A stretch of 64,000 bases of DNA from a virus (IMGVR_UViG_3300008267_000092:24022-88021); one strand, 5' to 3'. Counted from the stretch's first letter, positions 39,223 through 48,254 are shown. The notes: generated by a model not told the origin, from the sequence alone. Made by a program: numbers and translations.

Positions 39223-40194
39223 TTAATTGCGCCACTTTAACGCAATATCTGAGGTCATAATTTGTAAATCATTATCTGTATAATATTGTTCATTTTCATT
39301 AACAGAATGAAGACCTCCAATACCATATGTTAATCTAATATTTGTATTATTGTAATTAACTAAAAGTTCTTTACTGAATGTATCTTTACCATTTAATATT
39401 TCTAACCATAAATTTTGAAATATTGGTAATTTAAATTCAGGGTCAAAACCTTTTAAGATTTCATTTAAATACAATGTAGGTTTTTCATATCTTGTATTTC
39501 TGACTTCATTTATCTTTCTAGATGTTATCTTACAATAATCTGATAATAAAGCTTCTGATGCAATTTTTGGTGCATCCCAAGACCAACAATTTAAATTATA
39601 CTCTTTAATAATATTACCTCTTAAACGAATTTCTCCCTCCATTTCTAAAGTTAATAATTCTAATATACCTAAGTCGTGGGTATAATTATAATATCTTAAC
39701 TTAGGGAGATCTTCTAAAGATAATATAGAGTTTGGTTTAAATGGTAATTCTTGTACAACAGGATAACCTAATTGAATACCTAAAGATTTTAAACTTATCT
39801 TTTTAGAAATTCTTAACATTTTTGACCAATATGCAAACAAATCTATATCAATCCATTTAGATTTCATATATTTAATTTGTTTAACATCTTCGTCAAAAAT
39901 GTCATCTATTATTTTATCTGAGAAATATTTTAATTCTAGACATATATTTGAATATCCTAAGTACTTCAAATTTTCATAATTTTTAACTAAATACTTGACA
40001 ACCATGTTATCGTAATGTAATCCGTTAAAACTTATTAAAAATCCAGTATAACTTTTAAAAAATCCATATATTTTATCTATATCGTTTCTTTCTTCAGATA
40101 TTTCATAAAATGTAATTTCTTTAGTGACGAAATCTTTTATACCAACACAGAAATAATTTTTGTAACATTCTATATCGTATAGTTTTTTATTCAT
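39223..40194 (-). CDS. DNA polymerase N-terminal fragment with 3'-5' exonuclease motifs
   Basis: YDIECYKNYF (Exo I DxE), FNGLHYDNMVV (Exo II N..YD). Confidence 0.55.
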   Translation of the reverse strand: MNKKLYDIECYKNYFCVGIKDFVTKEITFYEISEERNDIDKIYGFFKSYTGFLISFNGLHYDNMVVKYLVKNYENLKYLGYSNICLELKYFSDKIIDDIFDEDVKQIKYMKSKWIDIDLFAYWSKMLRISKKISLKSLGIQLGYPVVQELPFKPNSILSLEDLPKLRYYNYTHDLGILELLTLEMEGEIRLRGNIIKEYNLNCWSWDAPKIASEALLSDYCKITSRKINEVRNTRYEKPTLYLNEILKGFDPEFKLPIFQNLWLEILNGKDTFSKELLVNYNNTNIRLTYGIGGLHSVNENEQYYTDNDLQIMTSDIALKWRN

Positions 40195-40319
40195 CGTAGT
40201 GGTGTAATACTTCTTAAATCATATTTTATTAATTTAGCTTTTGAGAATTTCTCAATTAAATAACTTCTCACTTCTTTTTGAGTTTTAAAAGGTTTAACAA
40301 ATTGTTTTTCGAACATATA
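40194..40319 (-). CDS. small ORF (41 aa) whose TGA overlaps the polymerase ATG
   Basis: MFEKQFVKPFKTQKEVRSYLIEKFSKAKLIKYDLRSITPLR; ATGA overlap. Confidence 0.25.
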
Positions 40320-40609
40320 TAATTATTTAAAGGTTACTTAATAAATAATAGAGCTTAACATACTACTTATCCTACTCTATTTGGTAACACTGAGCTGTTA
40401 CAGGGAAATCCGTGAGTTGTAAACCTCCGATTTCATGATAGTATATTTGTTTACACTCAACTATCCCATACTTTTAATAAAATAATAGTGTAGGTTGTTA
40501 ATCTACATTTCCGTTAGGGTTTTACACTTAAACTAACTATTATTTCTCACCATTTACACGGATGGTTGTATTTTTGATTTAATTTGTATTTCCATATATA
40601 ACTATATGA

Positions 40610-41143
40610 TTATCTTATAATATTTTTTATTATTTCTTCAATTTCAGATCGTTGTTCAGTTGTAAATAATGGTTGTTTAATTTTAGACCATTGATTTAAA
40701 CTTTGATTTAAAAATTCACCATACCAACCACTCAAGTTTCCTTGAATAATTTCAAAATCTAAAGAATTATTTTTAACTCTAAAAGATTTTATTTTACAAT
40801 CTTTTTTACCCCAACCTTCATTTAAAGCTACAATATCACCAACTGTAAATATTTCACCGTCACTTAAACGTTTAATTGAATGTATTCTAGCATTATCACA
40901 TTTTAACATAGCTTCAATATATCCACAACCATAATTAGAAACATCTGTTATTGTAGGCTTTATTGTACATAATCTAGCTAAAGATAATATTTCATACTCT
41001 TTTTCAATAACTTCTTCCCAAAATTCAGGATAATCACAACATTTTAAAAAGATAACACCATTACTAGTATAATTTTCAGTGGTAATGATATATCCTAATT
41101 TAGGGCTTCCTGGATAGGTTTTAATTAAAATGTATTTTTTCAT
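40610..41143 (-). CDS. hypothetical protein
   Basis: 177 aa ORF. Confidence 0.4.
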   Translation of the reverse strand: MKKYILIKTYPGSPKLGYIITTENYTSNGVIFLKCCDYPEFWEEVIEKEYEILSLARLCTIKPTITDVSNYGCGYIEAMLKCDNARIHSIKRLSDGEIFTVGDIVALNEGWGKKDCKIKSFRVKNNSLDFEIIQGNLSGWYGEFLNQSLNQWSKIKQPLFTTEQRSEIEEIIKNIIR

Positions 41144-41195
41144 TGTTATTTGTTTTAAATGTTATTATTTAATTCGTGGAGACGATATTTTAATA

Positions 41196-41696
41196 TTATT
41201 TATTAATGTAAGTTCTACCACAAGAAATATCTCGAATTGTAGTGTATGGTAAATTATATTGAATTGCTAAATTTCTTAAATTTAACTTTTCATTATTTTT
41301 TCTACGAGTTTTAATAATATTGTAAATAGTTAAAGCTATTTCATTATTTATTAACATGTTTGGTGGTGTATTTCCTTTTTCAAATCTTTTACCTATTGGT
41401 ACAATCATTCTGTTTTTATTATAACAATCTTTCATATTTTCACTTTGTGTACCTAAAAATAAATGATTAGGATTGACACATTTACGGTTATCACATTTAT
41501 GACAAACATTTAATGTTTTATCTGTAATTATACCATACGTTAACTCATAAGATAATCTATGAGAACTATGTGTTTTTTCTTTTGTTTTAAACGCACCGTA
41601 TCCATTTAATCTGCATGATGCAGTCCATTCCCAACAATCATCTTCTGATTTAATATTTACTTTATCCCAGAATTTTTTAATTTGTTGTTCATTCAT
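41196..41696 (-). CDS. HNH homing endonuclease
   Basis: [23 protein letters not shown] (His-Me finger). Confidence 0.8.
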   Translation of the reverse strand: MNEQQIKKFWDKVNIKSEDDCWEWTASCRLNGYGAFKTKEKTHSSHRLSYELTYGIITDKTLNVCHKCDNRKCVNPNHLFLGTQSENMKDCYNKNRMIVPIGKRFEKGNTPPNMLINNEIALTIYNIIKTRRKNNEKLNLRNLAIQYNLPYTTIRDISCGRTYINK

Positions 41697-41730
41697 AATT
41701 TATTAAATTTTAATTATTAGGGTGTTATTT

Positions 41731-41788
41731 CGTCTCCAAACATCATAGGATATACCCTGAGTTTGGAGACGGTGGGATTCGAACCCAC
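41731..41788 (-). pseudogene. tRNA 3'-half remnant (T-arm + 3' acceptor strand) fused to an 11-bp hairpin in the 5' leader of the HNH gene
   Basis: reverse complement GTGGGTTCGAATCCCAC-CGTCTCCA...; CGTCTCCAAAC pairs with downstream GTTTGGAGACG; no D/anticodon arm upstream. Confidence 0.5.
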
Positions 41789-42207
41789 GTCGATCAATGC
41801 GTTTGTTATATAATTTTATACAGCTTTTTGTAGTATTTAATCTTTAATGTCCCTTAAACACTACTAAATGTGGACAGCTATGGCAATGTTATACTCTAGC
41901 CAGTGTTGAGTTTGATTTGGGATTAGCGCACACGCGAATTCTAATTTACCAAATCATTTTAAACTATGCTGCCATTAATACTTCTTCTTTAGAAGAGTTA
42001 ATCAATGAAAAAACTTTAGCCATATTGGCTTTTGCTTGATTTTTGCCGTTTAAAATATTCACCTTAGTTTACAGTTATCTCTCTGGCTGAATTATATAAT
42101 TACTGACACAACCTCAAAGCCAGTCGTCCCCTTATTAATTGTTTAAAGTACAATCATAAACTTATTATTAGAAGGTGACACTTAATGTAATCACCTTCTA
42201 TAATTTA

Positions 42208-42531
42208 TTATCTTAATGAATCTAACAAGCTCAAACCAATATGTTGAGGTTTTAATTCAATGTCTGATATTTTAGCACTTGTTAGTTTTTTAGATTTGTC
42301 ATCAAATCTATAATCATTCAATACAAAGTTCCAATATATATTCCACAGAAGATTCATTTCTGGTTTGGATATATAACCTGTTTTAAAGTATTTGTTATTG
42401 ATTTTAGATAACGCATCTAATTGTACAAGTCTTAAATGTGGTTTCATTTCCACACATAAACATGCTTTTAACATAGATGTTACTTTTAATCCTCTGTATC
42501 CTTCTTTTTGTAAATTTGTTACTGTTTTCAT
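42208..42531 (-). CDS. hypothetical protein
   Basis: 107 aa ORF followed by AGAAGGTGA...TCACCTTCT hairpin. Confidence 0.4.
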   Translation of the reverse strand: MKTVTNLQKEGYRGLKVTSMLKACLCVEMKPHLRLVQLDALSKINNKYFKTGYISKPEMNLLWNIYWNFVLNDYRFDDKSKKLTSAKISDIELKPQHIGLSLLDSLR

Positions 42532-42534
42532 TGT

Positions 42535-42909
42535 TTAATTGTTTATGTTTGAAAATTCAATGTAATTTTGACCTTCGTGTATTCTAAAATAGTTTTCAAA
42601 TAATTGTAATGCTACTTTAGCACCATCTTTTTCTGAAATACATTCAAATACTTGGTATTCATAACCACCTTTTGTTTTACCCTTGACCACTTCACTTATT
42701 ACATGATATCTGAACACTTCTGTATCAATATACATCGCGATAGTAGTTTGATTGTTTTCATTAAATACAACTGTCACATCGGTTTCTAATGATTTAGATT
42801 CGACGTTTTCAACACTTGTAAAATAACTTGTATATTTTCTTACAAATGTGGATTGTGCGTTTACAGTGATGCATACTAGCAACATTGTAATAGTAATTAG
42901 CTTTTTCAT
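42535..42909 (-). CDS. secreted hypothetical protein
   Basis: signal peptide MKKLITITMLLVCITVNAQ. Confidence 0.4.
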   Translation of the reverse strand: MKKLITITMLLVCITVNAQSTFVRKYTSYFTSVENVESKSLETDVTVVFNENNQTTIAMYIDTEVFRYHVISEVVKGKTKGGYEYQVFECISEKDGAKVALQLFENYFRIHEGQNYIEFSNINN

Positions 42910-43148
42910 AATGTTGCTTTTATAATTAGTTTTAAATCATCTGGATCAGCATCTAGAATAGAAACCATTAGTTTATCTTCAGATTCTGAAGTTTCTAATA
43001 TATTACTCAAAATTCTTATTTTATCATAAGATAATGTTTTACCTTCTGCAAATACATGAATCTTTTTTATTATTTTAGATAAATCTTTTTTTTCAAATAT
43101 TGACAAATCAGTATTATCCGATTGCCATCTTCCGTTTGCTATTTTCAT
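42906..43148 (-). CDS. hypothetical protein
   Basis: 80 aa ORF. Confidence 0.35.
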   Translation of the reverse strand: MKIANGRWQSDNTDLSIFEKKDLSKIIKKIHVFAEGKTLSYDKIRILSNILETSESEDKLMVSILDADPDDLKLIIKATL

Positions 43149-43200
43149 CGTGTTTGTGTAAAATGGTTATAATTATTGCGAATACTGTAGTTAGCAGTAA

Positions 43201-43515
43201 TTATTCCAAAATACGCTCAACCAAATCTTCTGCTAATTCTTGTCCGTAAACTGAAAGCATATTTTCAGAAATAAATCTTTGCAATAGTTCAAGCATTTTT
43301 TTTGAGTTTGCAAATAATTTAGCATTTGCCATTACTTCTTCTTGTGATAATCCAAAAACGTGAGCAACATTATGCGTATTTACTTCTTTTGAAAATATAA
43401 TTATTTGCATTAATTCGTCATTGTGTCCTAACAAATCAATTCCTAAATCTTCTTTAAAGTTTCCTTTTGTTCCTTTGAAATCCATCTCGTTTAGTATTAT
43501 AACTACTGCTAACAA
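43201..43515 (-). CDS. hypothetical protein
   Basis: 104 aa ORF. Confidence 0.35.
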   Translation of the reverse strand: MLAVVIILNEMDFKGTKGNFKEDLGIDLLGHNDELMQIIIFSKEVNTHNVAHVFGLSQEEVMANAKLFANSKKMLELLQRFISENMLSVYGQELAEDLVERILE

Positions 43516-43675
43516 CGGTTATACAATAGTTGGGTTAATTTATTAATTTAAAGTCTGTTTTGTGTCGGGATAATTTGTGTTTTCGAAAAAATTACGGATA
43601 TATTATCCCAACCATCGTATAGCCGTCGAACGTTATTAGTGTTAGTGTTAAAAATAGTTTAATTTCGTACATTGT

Positions 43676-43864
43676 TTAGTTGTTTTTCCTGTTGTTAATA
43701 ATCGCAATAATGAATAATACTGGTAATGATATTGGAGCTGTTAATAATAAAAATATTGATTCTGCAGCTTCTTCTTCTGTGATATGTTTATAGTTTATTG
43801 TTGATGTTATAAATGCACACATCGTAATATAACATATCCCCGCGTATAAAAGTAATAAAAGCAT
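43676..43864 (-). CDS. small membrane protein
   Basis: two hydrophobic helices. Confidence 0.35.
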   Translation of the reverse strand: MLLLLLYAGICYITMCAFITSTINYKHITEEEAAESIFLLLTAPISLPVLFIIAIINNRKNN

Positions 43865-43888
43865 AATTATTTGTTTTAGTTGTTTAAT

Positions 43889-44377
43889 TTATGATAATAA
43901 TAATCTGATATCATATGTAAAATGTTTTACAATTGGTTGTAAATTTATTTCCACATTTACAGTTGTTTGTTCGTGTGATGTAGGTACATCCTGTGCAATA
44001 ATAAATTCATATATTTCATGACTTGTACCACCAAGACCTGTTATCATACCATTTGAAATGTCTGTACGATAAAAATTATTTTCACCTTGTTTGTTGGTGT
44101 ACATTAGATAAATTTTCTTTTTTAATTTTATCGCAATTTCTAATTCTTTTTTTACACCTGAAGGTAACATATTTATAGGTTGTATCCAATTATTTGTAAC
44201 ACCTGTAAAAATAAATATATCACAATTTTCAACACGACTTTCATTGTAAGGAAAACCTTGTCTCCACATATATGTAGAAATTAAATTATTTGTAGAATTA
44301 TCTAATTTATATACACAATGATTATAAGATTTTTCCCTGTCAACCATTGCGACAGGGAAGCTGAAATAGACATTCAT
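43889..44377 (-). CDS. hypothetical protein
   Basis: 162 aa ORF. Confidence 0.4.
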   Translation of the reverse strand: MNVYFSFPVAMVDREKSYNHCVYKLDNSTNNLISTYMWRQGFPYNESRVENCDIFIFTGVTNNWIQPINMLPSGVKKELEIAIKLKKKIYLMYTNKQGENNFYRTDISNGMITGLGGTSHEIYEFIIAQDVPTSHEQTTVNVEINLQPIVKHFTYDIRLLLS

Positions 44378-44700
44378 TACTTTTTATCTTTAAAGTACTT
44401 GTTATACGAATCTTGTTTGATTTTTAATTCTCTTTCAAGTAATTCTTTTTCGTATTCTAATTGAATTATTTGTTCAAATCTTTTTTGACATTCGGTCATT
44501 GTTAGAGCTTGTTGTCCTTGATTTAGATTTGTGTTTAAAGAGAAGTCTTTAGCTTCTAAAATCTGATCGTTTTTTCTTTCTACTTCTTCTTCAAGACCAT
44601 CTAATAATGTTTTTTGAAGATTACGTTTAATACGTTTGAAAAAGTCTTCAGCTCTTTCTGATACAGATTGTGATCTCGATAAAATGTTTTTTGCTTCCAT
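44377..44700 (-). CDS. coiled-coil hypothetical protein
   Basis: 107 aa, heptad-rich. Confidence 0.4.
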   Translation of the reverse strand: MEAKNILSRSQSVSERAEDFFKRIKRNLQKTLLDGLEEEVERKNDQILEAKDFSLNTNLNQGQQALTMTECQKRFEQIIQLEYEKELLERELKIKQDSYNKYFKDKK

Positions 44701-45720
44701 GATTATTTATTTGTTAAATTGTTTTTGTTTATAATTATAATTAAATGAATTAGTTAATATGTAATGAATAATAAATAAAATACATTATAAGATTTACTTA
44801 ATAGTTATATCTTTCAAATGTTCTTGATATGGAATTTATGCAATTTATATCAACTCATAATGTATTTTAATTTTAATATAATCAGTCAACCCAGCATAAC
44901 CTGTAATTGACTGACTAAAGTGTTGTTATTAATCCTCTGTTAAAGGATTATCATGAATACAATCTTCTGAATTGTATACCATGCATATTTCACAATAATA
45001 ATCATTTTCCATAATTTTGTTATTTAGTTAGTTTAATAATAATGGTAATATATACATTGAATCTAATAGTGCACATATTGCAAAACAATATGTTTTTTGT
45101 AAAATAGACATCTTCTCGTCTAAAGCTGGTATTACACAGATTGTAATCATGATTTTGTTATTTAGTCAGTTAATAATTTGTTTTAAAAATAAACTCTACA
45201 AGGTTGCACCTTGAATTACACCAGATATAACTATACAGACTGTATTGTGTTACCAGCAATTGGATAGAGTTTTGTTAAACATATAACATCTCCAGGAGAA
45301 ATACTACACTACTAGACTTAATCTAGGTTCAAAAGAGTGCTGATTATATGTTTTATTGTAAATAATTAGTATCTAAATACTATTTGTAGGATGAAATATG
45401 CAATAATACACACACCCAATGCAATCTGATTATTCTGTTTTGAAAGTAATTGTTTTAACATAATAGCTATATTTAATTATTGAATGATTAATTAATTGTG
45501 TGAGAGTAATGGTTGAAATGTTGTGTGGAGTTTTAACACAACATATACAACATCACTTTTATTGTGACAACATATAACTTATAAAGTGACAAACACTAAT
45601 ATTTTTTTGTGAGACGTTTTACATAGGTACGCTAAACATACGCAAACAAACTAACGTAATGTAAATAACATAACGATAAACGCAACCAAAATAACTCAAT
45701 ATATTACGTACTAAAAGTCA

Positions 45721-45748
45721 AAAAATATAAGGCACCCGAAGGTGCCTA
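45721..45748 (-). terminator. rho-independent terminator GGCACC-cgaa-GGTGCC + U-tract (minus orientation)
   Basis: perfect 6-bp GC stem, tetraloop, reverse complement followed by TTATATTTTTT, immediately after stop of 45754..46215. Confidence 0.7.
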
Positions 45749-45753
45749 TATAT

Positions 45754-46215
45754 CTATGCTTCAGCCTTAACAGTACTTGCTTTAGCAAGAATGTCTGTAA
45801 GACTACGTTTCTTCGCAACAACTGCTTTAGCAGGAGTGTACGATTTAGGCATAAGAACCTCTGTCTCAACACCCTCAATGTCAACAGTAACCATATGACA
45901 TACAAGTGTTCCAGGAACACCTTTAGCTAAATCCTGCGCTTTGTCAATAGACATACGCATAGTAAGCTTATGGTTAGAAGCAGACTCGAAATCTTCATTC
46001 TTGAAGTCCTCTACAGATTGTTGAAAACCATATTCACTAACAGCTTTGAAGCTAACAATAGCAAATTCAGTACCGTCTTCCCAAACAAATGGTTCTCCGT
46101 CTCCGTCAGTATAACCAACGTGAGTTACTTCAATACCTTTATAAGGCACCATAGCTTGTTCAATTACAGGTTTAGATTCAATGATTCTTAACGCAATTTC
46201 TTGAGTAATTTCCAT
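45754..46215 (-). CDS. GC-richer, probably highly expressed early protein with Lys/Ala-rich C-terminal tail (possible DNA-binding)
   Basis: 153 aa; local GC clearly above genome background; strong terminator; C-terminal PAKAVVAKKRSLTDILAKASTVKAEA. Confidence 0.5.
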   Translation of the reverse strand: MEITQEIALRIIESKPVIEQAMVPYKGIEVTHVGYTDGDGEPFVWEDGTEFAIVSFKAVSEYGFQQSVEDFKNEDFESASNHKLTMRMSIDKAQDLAKGVPGTLVCHMVTVDIEGVETEVLMPKSYTPAKAVVAKKRSLTDILAKASTVKAEA

Positions 46216-46743
46216 AATATAACAGCTTTACGTCCTGCCGACGTTGTTTGTATTGGAAGTGCTGAGTCATCGCTACATTCCAAGATTAGACATATTTTAG
46301 GTATCTCGTAGCAATAAGCCACGGGTATATCCCAAAATTTAAAAAGGGTCGGGGCATGATCTTGGGTTATCCCACACTCACATCAACAATAAAAATTTTC
46401 AAAAATTTTAAAAAAAAATATTTTTCAATTCATCCATTTTAAGACACTATTTATACCTCAGATAATAACTAATACCAGACATGCTATTACAGTGTCTTAA
46501 ATCAAACAAAACACATCAAATTTTAGATGTTGCAAAGTTACGTAACATCGTTCAGGTTATATAATACAAAATATCCACCTAAACTAATTAACAAATCATT
46601 TTCTGCTAAGAAGAAAAGAAAGTAACCAAAGAAAAGAAGAATATATATAATATATTCTCCAATTGCGCGTACACGCGCGCGTATTTATATAGCTTTTATG
46701 TGTCAATAAAAAATATTTTAAAAATAACTGTTAAAAAATTAGG

Positions 46744-46770
46744 AATTGTCATTTATTTTTCGTATCTTTG
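46744..46770 (+). promoter_or_regulatory. Bacteroidetes-type promoter (weaker -33, TATCTTTG -7)
   Basis: aTTG...19 nt...TATCTTTG. Confidence 0.4.
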
Positions 46771-46890
46771 TAATGTTATAAACAACACGACAAAAACACA
46801 ACAGAGTCGGACCGAGAGGCATAAAGGTTTTGGCAGGGAGGTGTATTATAAAAGAGGAGGGTTACCTTTAGTAAAATAATTAAAAATAAA

Positions 46891-46922
46891 TTTGCATATT
46901 TTAAAAATATTTCGTATATTTG
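46891..46922 (+). promoter_or_regulatory. Bacteroidetes sigma-A-type promoter TTTG-N20-TATATTTG upstream of first + strand early gene
   Basis: TTTGCATAT...TTCGTATATTTGTA; matches -33 TTTG / -7 TAnnTTTG consensus; ATG at 46946. Confidence 0.55.
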
Positions 46923-46945
46923 TATAAAATAAAAATAACAACTTT

Positions 46946-47134
46946 ATGACAAGACCTAAGTTTAATATTGGTGAAAAAGTGTATCATAATACACCAGACT
47001 CCGATGAAGCTATTGTAGTAGATATACTTTATTCACATCTACTAGATAAAACAACATACATTGTATCTACAGGATTTGGTGCTGAATTTGAATGTATGGA
47101 ACACGAATTAACTGATGAAAAATTATTATTTTAA
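46946..47134 (+). CDS. hypothetical early protein
   Basis: 62 aa ORF after promoter. Confidence 0.4.
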   Translation: MTRPKFNIGEKVYHNTPDSDEAIVVDILYSHLLDKTTYIVSTGFGAEFECMEHELTDEKLLF

Positions 47135-47139
47135 ATAAC

Positions 47140-47364
47140 ATGGATAATGAAACAAATGGGGTTTGGTTTGAACCTACAATAATTTATAGTAACGATCAAC
47201 CTGCAGGATTTAAAGAGTGGTCTAAAGGAATCATCTATAATAAATACAAAATCACATTACCAGATGGTACATCTATGAATGCTAAAATGTTCTTAGATCT
47301 ACAACAAAGATTTGAATCAGGTAATTATACAACATATTTGGTTAACAGATATGTTGAACAATAA
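47140..47364 (+). CDS. hypothetical early protein
   Basis: 74 aa ORF. Confidence 0.4.
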   Translation: MDNETNGVWFEPTIIYSNDQPAGFKEWSKGIIYNKYKITLPDGTSMNAKMFLDLQQRFESGNYTTYLVNRYVEQ

Positions 47365-47391
47365 AATAATTTAAAAAAAAGTTACTAAAAG

Positions 47392-47422
47392 TTTGCATAT
47401 GTCAAATATTATTCGTATCTTT
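47392..47422 (+). promoter_or_regulatory. Bacteroidetes sigma-A-type promoter TTTG-N19-TATCTTTG
   Basis: GTTTGCATATG...ATTCGTATCTTTGTA, same extended motif as 46891 copy; ATG at 47449. Confidence 0.55.
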
Positions 47423-47448
47423 GTAGAGAATTTAAAATACATATAAAA

Positions 47449-47715
47449 ATGGTAGATACGATACACGAAGTAATAAGAGAAGATTTATTATCAAATCAAA
47501 AAGAATTATTCAATTTATATAATTATTACACACATAAATATAGAAGTAACGATAGATTATTAGACATTAATGTTGGGTTATTTATTAATGATAAACAACA
47601 ATTTGTAGCTCAAATTTATGTTGCTGATAAACATACTAAAATAAGAGAACAATTAATTCTGGATGAAAACCACACAGTTAAAGATACTAATATTATAGTT
47701 AAAAGATATGAATAA
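47449..47715 (+). CDS. hypothetical protein
   Basis: 88 aa ORF. Confidence 0.4.
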   Translation: MVDTIHEVIREDLLSNQKELFNLYNYYTHKYRSNDRLLDINVGLFINDKQQFVAQIYVADKHTKIREQLILDENHTVKDTNIIVKRYE

Positions 47716-48001
47716 AGATAAACACATTCACGTAAGTTCAACTGTCAATATCCCATGTAGCAATGGGATATTAGATGAAACAGTTGACTTTTATAAAAGG
47801 ACATTATTGTTTGATGCCGTCCGTAATGAAATTAATCTGGTCAAGTCAAAACAGAGTTACCCTCTAGATAACAGATCAGATGTAGAATTAACACTAGATG
47901 TAGTAATTGTATCTAAAGCTAGATACAATAGGTTAATTGAATTAGAAAAAGTTAATGAGCACACACACGAACAATTTAAAGAACTTAAAGTAAATGAGTA
48001 G
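47708..48001 (+). CDS. hypothetical protein
   Basis: 97 aa ORF. Confidence 0.4.
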   Translation: MNKDKHIHVSSTVNIPCSNGILDETVDFYKRTLLFDAVRNEINLVKSKQSYPLDNRSDVELTLDVVIVSKARYNRLIELEKVNEHTHEQFKELKVNE

Positions 48002-48254
48002 TTTTAATACATCCTCTCGTAAAAAAAGTCTTATGTCTGATGATCGTAAGATTAAAAAACACGTTACAGCTTTTTACAAAATCATAGATGAAATTGAAGC
48101 TTTAGCTGTTAAAATTAAAGAATTAAATCTTGAAGTTACAGAAGAAAATGTAAAAGACATTGCTTCAGATATTATGGGTAGAGATTTAGATTCAATGGAA
48201 ATCTTTTTATTAATGGGTAAATTAGAATCACATGTTGAACAAAGTGACAATTAA
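47994..48254 (+). CDS. hypothetical protein
   Basis: 86 aa ORF. Confidence 0.4.
   Translation: MSSFNTSSRKKSLMSDDRKIKKHVTAFYKIIDEIEALAVKIKELNLEVTEENVKDIASDIMGRDLDSMEIFLLMGKLESHVEQSDN

Noticed and set aside
39023-39235. 70-aa minus-strand ORF between the GIY-YIG gene and polymerase fragment
   Set aside because: It lies in the GC-rich, structure-prone segment that I interpret as the intron core, and the sequence is more consistent with RNA structure than with coding.
45711-46191. ORFs 45711-45920 (-), 45742-45930 (+) and 45970-46191 (+) overlapping the 45754-46215 gene
   Set aside because: They are alternative frames or antisense of the GC-rich gene. The 153-aa frame is the one ending at the perfect terminator.
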